Below, piece after piece: positions 57,996 through 64,000 of a stretch of 64,000 bases of DNA. Location of the stretch: assembly GCA_964016885.1 (NCBI GenBank), contig CAXHJY010000075.1:1-64000 (forward strand), given 5' to 3'. Both the position numbers and the translations under genes were made by a program. The notes below the pieces were generated by a model. That model saw only the letters and a program-made list of their open reading frames with translations. It had not been told where the DNA came from and did no database searches. Numbering within the stretch: position 1 is the stretch's first letter; each line of letters opens with the position of its first letter. Source of the stretch: Eledone cirrhosa (lineage: Eukaryota).

Positions 57996-58370
57996 TGAGC
58001 TAACTTTTTACGTTATAATGTCGTAACGTAATATTTATATTCCTTGGAAGTAGTAAATTAAAACATCTGAGATTTAAAGATTATTCTTGATACGTCAAAC
58101 GAATGGTTATTAGAAGTATGAATGGAAGGTTGTGTGCTCATGTTGTCTAGAATCTAGACAACATCTAGAATCTAGATGAGCTAGACTCTAGATCATCTAA
58201 TTGAGTCCGAGCTAATTTCAGTAACAATATTATGAATTGTGAAATATATTTAGGTTAATATTTTAAGGTATAAACTTGAGAAATACTATATGAAAACCAT
58301 TCTTCATTGTTCGAGCAGAAACTTATCAGTCCGAACCACGCTCTGTGACCGAACAAGTATTGGTATGAAA

Positions 58371-58415
<45 letters not shown>

Positions 58416-58469
58416 GTTGGGGGTCTTTATCCTATATATATATATATATATAGGATAAAGACCCCCAAC

Positions 58470-58790
58470 GGTCACGAATGACCATAGGGTTTCCACTTAG
58501 AAAGTTCTCCTCCTCGGAGGCACAAGTCCGGTAAGGGTGTTTGTAGAAGACCACCATTCGCCGATGCATACCAATCTCCCCTGTCCATGCCACTTATGAT
58601 GTCCAAGAGAAAGACAATGGCCGATACAGCTTGGCACCAATGACGTGGCATCTCACTTCTACAGCTGAGTAAACTGGTGCAACGTGCGTCTTGGTGAAGG
58701 AAACGACACGCCAACCTCTCCAGGAATCAAACTCACAACCTCACGATTATAAATATACAAAGCTCTAATCACCGAGCCATGCACCTTCAA
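58470..58790 (-). mobile_element. tRNA-derived SINE
   Basis: Minus-strand head gaaggtgcatggctcggtgattagagc...gagtttgattcc, and ccagtttactcagctgtag shared with 54120-54405. Confidence 0.65.
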
Positions 58791-58984
58791 ACAAACACAC
58801 ACACACACACATAAATATATACACACACGCGCTCGCTCATACATGAATACATGCATACATACAAGCATACATGAAAGCATACATGCTATCACACACACAT
58901 ACATACATACATACATACATACATACATACATACATACATACATACATACATACATACATACATACATACATACATACATACAT

Positions 58985-59860
58985 AGATGTCATCGCGGTA
59001 CTATCTACCTATGAGGCATGATGTAGTGGCCAAAACACTGTACAATGCAGTTCGTAAAAAAGATAGCCCCGATGATAAACACATTAAAAGCTACAACAAT
59101 GTGGAAGACATCCATGTACATAATATGAAAGAGTACTGGTGGAATGTTCCAGTAAAAACCCCAATAAAATGCAGACATAACAGACCAGATATTATGATAT
59201 GGGACAGGGAGAGGAAAACATGCACAGTAGTGGAAATTAGCTACCCAGCAGATGCCAATATAATATCAAAGATTAGTGAAAAGGAGAATATTTATGCAGA
59301 ACTGATGAGAAATCTGCAGATACTCCACCCTGATTACACCTTCAGATTTATGCCTGTGATTATTGGGGCACTGGGATATGTTAGTAACTGCCTCAATACA
59401 AATCTTGAGAAGCTAGGCTTCACAGGAACAGAAAGAACACAACTAGTTAAGAAATTACAAGTACAATCCATTAGTGGAACAGTAAAAATATGTAAAACAT
59501 TCCAAAAATTACATCTAATAACTGCATATACACATGTACAGATACAAAGCATATACACATGCACACATACAACTCAAAACATACACATCCACACATACAA
59601 TAACATCCATATCTACACATGCATGCATGCAGACATACATATCTACCTAGTTGATGTTGTGTAAATTCCAATGAGAGAGTCTTGTGTCTTTGTTAGAAAC
59701 CGACTCTCTCTCTATTGGTAAAACTTTGTGAAATTATAAAACCAGAAGAACATACATACATACATACATTCATACATACATACATACATACATACATACA
59801 TACATACATACATACATACATACATACATACATACATACATACATACATACATACATACA

Positions 59861-59891
<31 letters not shown>

Positions 59892-62542
59892 GAAAACAAA
59901 ATTAACAACAAACGAGGAAAAATATATTGAGACAGATGGCACTAAGGAATACTGGAGGAACCTGAAAATAAAAACTGCCACCAAATTAAAGCACAACCTG
60001 CCTGATATTGTAGTTTGGGACCACACATTGAAAACGTGTTCCGTTGTGGAGATCAGCTGCCCACTTGATGTAAACGTTGTCAGAAAAATACAGAAGAAGG
60101 AGGACATCTACGGACTATTGATGAGGAGTTTACAAATCCAGTATCCAAGATACACCTTTAGCTTCATACCCATCATTATTGGAGCTACGGGTTATATACC
60201 AACCCGCTTGGATCAAAGTATGACTGAACTTGGATTTGCGGACAAAGAGCGCAGCTCCCTAATTCATAGTCTACAAATGGCTGCGATAGCTGGCACCTTC
60301 AAAATTTGCAAAACATTCTTGTGATTCAAGGGATGACAATTTCTTTTCTTTTACAACCTTGCCACAGGAAGGTGGCCGGTCAAAAAAATATACTCGAAAT
60401 TAAGAGAAAGAGGTAACATACATATGTTTCCCGCTCTTGGATGATAGAGGCCCTCCGACTTGCTAAAGTCCCAGACATTATTATCAGAGCCATAGAGAGG
60501 CTGTCTTCTGCTTGGGCTACTATCCTAATGTTAAAAACAGAGAAGGAGGACTCTATTTTCACTGATAAAATAAAATATCGCAGGGGTATATTTCAGGGAG
60601 ACAGTCTCTCCGTGATATTATTCATCTTGTCATTAAAGCCCTTGTCCTTTCTGCTCAAGAAATGTGAAGCATAAATCATTGGCTCACAGGAGGACAGAAA
60701 TACGAACCTAACCCATAATTTCTTTGTGGACAATTTGAAACTCTATGCCAAGAACATGGATGGGTTGAAGAAAAATCTTGACCTGGTTAAAACGTTCTCA
60801 AAGGATATAGGAATGGAGTTTGGCCAAGATAAATGCTCATATATGACTGTAAAGCGGGGAAAAACAACAACCCAATCTAGCAACATTGTCATCGATGGCC
60901 TAACTGATTCACCGATATCTGGTCAGGACTGTTACAGATACCAGGGGATAGATGATAACATGTCCTATAATGGTATCTGTAATAAGGAACGCGTAAACAG
61001 GGCATATTACACCCGATTAAGAAAAATATAGTCATCGGAACTCTCTGCGCACAGTAAAACAGTGGCTCACAATGTGTTTGATGTGCCTGTCCTAACACCA
61101 ACGTTTGGAATACTCGATTGGACGATAGACGAAATCCGAGCAGTTGATTTTTAAAACTTGAAAAATACTAAACAATACCGGAAACTTCCACATCAACAGT
61201 AACATAGACCGCCTTTACTTGAAGCGTAAGCAGGGAGGCAGAGGCCTAACATCAGTCCAGACAGCATTTGAGTGTTGCATCATATCGCTCCGACAACGTT
61301 TACGAACCTCGAAGCGTAGGAGGCCATCTATTGAGCAAGTCTGTCTGCATGAGACAGATGAGATCATGAGAGTTGGGAAGGAACGCCTTGAAAGATACTC
61401 CCTGCATAAAATCAAAAATTCACACCCATGGAAATTGCCCAGCAGTACCGCAGCGAATCCATGGATGAAAAACTGCTTGCTTATCAGCAAAAAATCATGC
61501 ATGGATATGTTGCCAGTAGGCTCCGGAGTGAGAGTTTTATAGATAAAGAAAGTAGTCTATCTTGGACCAACAACCGCTATATTGGCTCCTACTTTGAAGG
61601 ATATGCTTTTGTAATCCAAGTACAAGAAATCAACACAAAATACCTGATTCACAAAAGAGATAGGGATGCAGGCAAAACACCTAGATTTGACAACACGTGC
61701 AGACTTTCGAGAATTAACATTGAAGATGTCACCCATGTCATAAGTAACTGCCCAAAGATGTCATCACGGTACTATCTACCTATGAGGCATGATGTAGTGG
61801 CCCAAACACTGTACAATGCAATCCGTAGAAAAGATAGCCCCGACAATAAACACATTAAAAGCTACAGCAATGTGGAAGACATACATATACATAATATGAA
61901 AGAGTACTGGTGGAATGTTCCAGTAAAATATCCAATAAAATGAAAGTATAACAGACCAGATATTATGATATGGGACAGGGAGAAGAAAACATGCACAGTA
62001 GTGGAAATTAGCTGCCCAGCAGATGCCAATATAATATCAAAGATTAACAAATGGAGAATATCTATGCAGAACTAATGAGAAATCTACAGATACTCCACCC
62101 TGACTATACCTTTAGATACGTACATGTGATCATACCTTCAGATTAATACATGTGATTAATGGGGCACTGGGATATGTTAGTAACTGCCTCAGTACAAATA
62201 TTGAGAAGTTGAGCTTTACAGATACAGAAAGAACACGACTAGATAGGAAAATTACAAGTACAATCCATTAATGGAACAGTAAAAATATGTAAAACATTCC
62301 AAAAATGTAATAACTGCATATACACTTGTACAGATACAAAGCATATGCACACATACAGCTCAAAACATCCACATCCACACAAACAATAACATCCATACCT
62401 GCACACACATGCATGCATGCAGACATGCATACATATGTACCTAGTTGTTGTTGTGTAAATTCCAATGAGAGAGTCTTGTAACTATGTTAGAAACCGACTC
62501 TCTCCATTGGAAACATTTTGTGATATTATAAAACCAGAAGAA
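58985..62542 (+). mobile_element. Head-to-tail cluster of three 5'-truncated R4/Dong-like copies separated by (CATA)n
   Basis: 58985-59750 and 60425-62542 match 16780-18629; 59890-60416 is a different subfamily (LPDIVVWD...VVEISCP). Confidence 0.85.
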
Positions 62543-63132
62543 CATGCATACATAGTACGTACTATATATATATATATAGTACGTACATGTATATAGTATT
62601 CTATCCAACGTTCTAATGACTCTACTACTTCGCCACCTCTTTGCTGTCTAGAGATACAACATTTGTACTTCCACATCACGAATTTTCCTCTGTAGCTCAA
62701 GAGGTGTCTGGGGTTTTTTTTGGGGGGGAGGGGGGGGGGGTTAATGAAATCTGGAGGTTTACAGCATCTGGAGGTTTTTATTATCTGTGTGATTAAGTCG
62801 TACTTTTGTTTATTTCTTTGGTATGCCACGCTGAGTTAAAATACTGCACTGGGTGTTTTTGCCACGTAAAAGTGTTAATATATTTTGCTGTATAACTGAA
62901 TCACCAGACAGCATCCGATCGATATAATTAAACACCGACGTTCTTTTCTAAGTTAACTTGCCAATGCGGCGAAAGACACATCAGATCGACGAAATGGGAG
63001 GGCTTTCTTTTATATATATATATTTTTGTATGTATTACTTGTTTATTTGAGTTTTAATTGTATATTCTTTCTTTTTAGTCTGTGTCTGTGTGCGTGCGTG
63101 TATGTGTGTGTGGGGGGGGGCGTGTGCGTGTG

Positions 63133-63266
<134 letters not shown>

Positions 63267-63547
63267 CGATTTCTTTTCGGCTTTGAGAATGTGTTCTTAA
63301 TTTAGATAGGCTTCGTGTAACCAACGTTACGTTTTGATGCGGTCTATTTATCCTATAAATTTTATACTGCATTGTCATAGTTTCTTAGTTAGCTCAGAGT
63401 ATGGCAGTGATATAAACGTGTAGATAGAAAAGAACCTTATATTCTTTACTTACGATACTTGTGGAGCGATGTCTGGTCAGTTATTAGGATTGTTGTCACT
63501 TCATTCGATACCGAGTTATTATTATTATTATATTTTTATTTTTTTAA

Positions 63548-63930
63548 GATAAATGTTTATTTTCAATATAGCAATAATAAAAAAGAAGGGGAAACAAAGG
63601 GAAAGAAAGAATAGGAAAATATAAAAAAAGGAAGGAAAGAAGTTCTTTCCTTCCTTTTGGTTTTATAAGAAGAAAAAGAACGGGAAGGACAGGGGATGGC
63701 AAGAGCTCTGGTGTCACAGAAGAGAAGGGAGGAGTGAAGAGGGAGTGTGATTGGGCTTTGGACCGAGGGCAAGAGGGCAGAAGTGCTGCGCCCCACTGAC
63801 GAGACGACAAAAGCATTACCCCCGGCAGATAGCCAGTGACACCCGCTGTAACAGCCACCCAACCTCACGGGGCTCCCTCCTCAGACGGGCCGCCGACGCT
63901 CCGATCTTGCGGAGGAGCGTCGGCAGTACG
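63548..63930 (-). mobile_element. 3' end of a CRE-like non-LTR retrotransposon
   Basis: Minus-strand translation LLRKIGASAARLRREPREVGWLLQRVSLAICRG(fs)NAFVV resembles the QR.S.A..RGNA RLE C-terminus; pyrimidine-rich 3' UTR ending in AATAAA. Confidence 0.6.
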
Positions 63931-64000
63931 AGGTCAAAGTACACCTGAGGTCTTGACGGTGACCGGTTTATTTGTGTCTGGTGATGACGAATTTTCCACG

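Overview
Animal (non-prokaryotic) genomic DNA, very AT-rich and dense in (TA)n/(CA)n/(GA)n/(CATA)n microsatellites. The repeat content (CORE-type and Meta-domain-type tRNA SINEs, Helitron-like non-autonomous elements) resembles an octopus/cephalopod genome (inference). No host gene exon could be supported; most ORFs in the track are microsatellite artefacts. The window is a transposon graveyard: Penelope-like elements (PLEs) of three apparent clades (Neptune-like 1-2.9 kb and 10.1-10.6 kb, Naiad-like 29.5-33.8 kb and 57.5-57.8 kb, Nematis-like 41.1-44.8 kb), a near-intact Tx1/L1-clade LINE (48.3-54.0 kb) in a (TATC)n repeat, R4/Dong-like RLE retrotransposons (one near full-length, four truncated) repeatedly joined to (CATA)n, a CRE-like 3' end, a mariner-type MITE, SINEs and Helitron-like elements. 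The most striking signal is a set of roughly 20 hammerhead ribozyme (HHR) motifs from many different sequence families. They are carried by short non-coding elements embedded in (TA)n that share either a fold-back architecture (inverted arm - spacer - HHR arm - unpaired tail) or a 450-830 bp partial tandem, retrozyme-like architecture. In several, the predicted cleavage site abuts or splits an AATAAA hexamer. All motifs were read by eye; coordinates may be off by a few bases.
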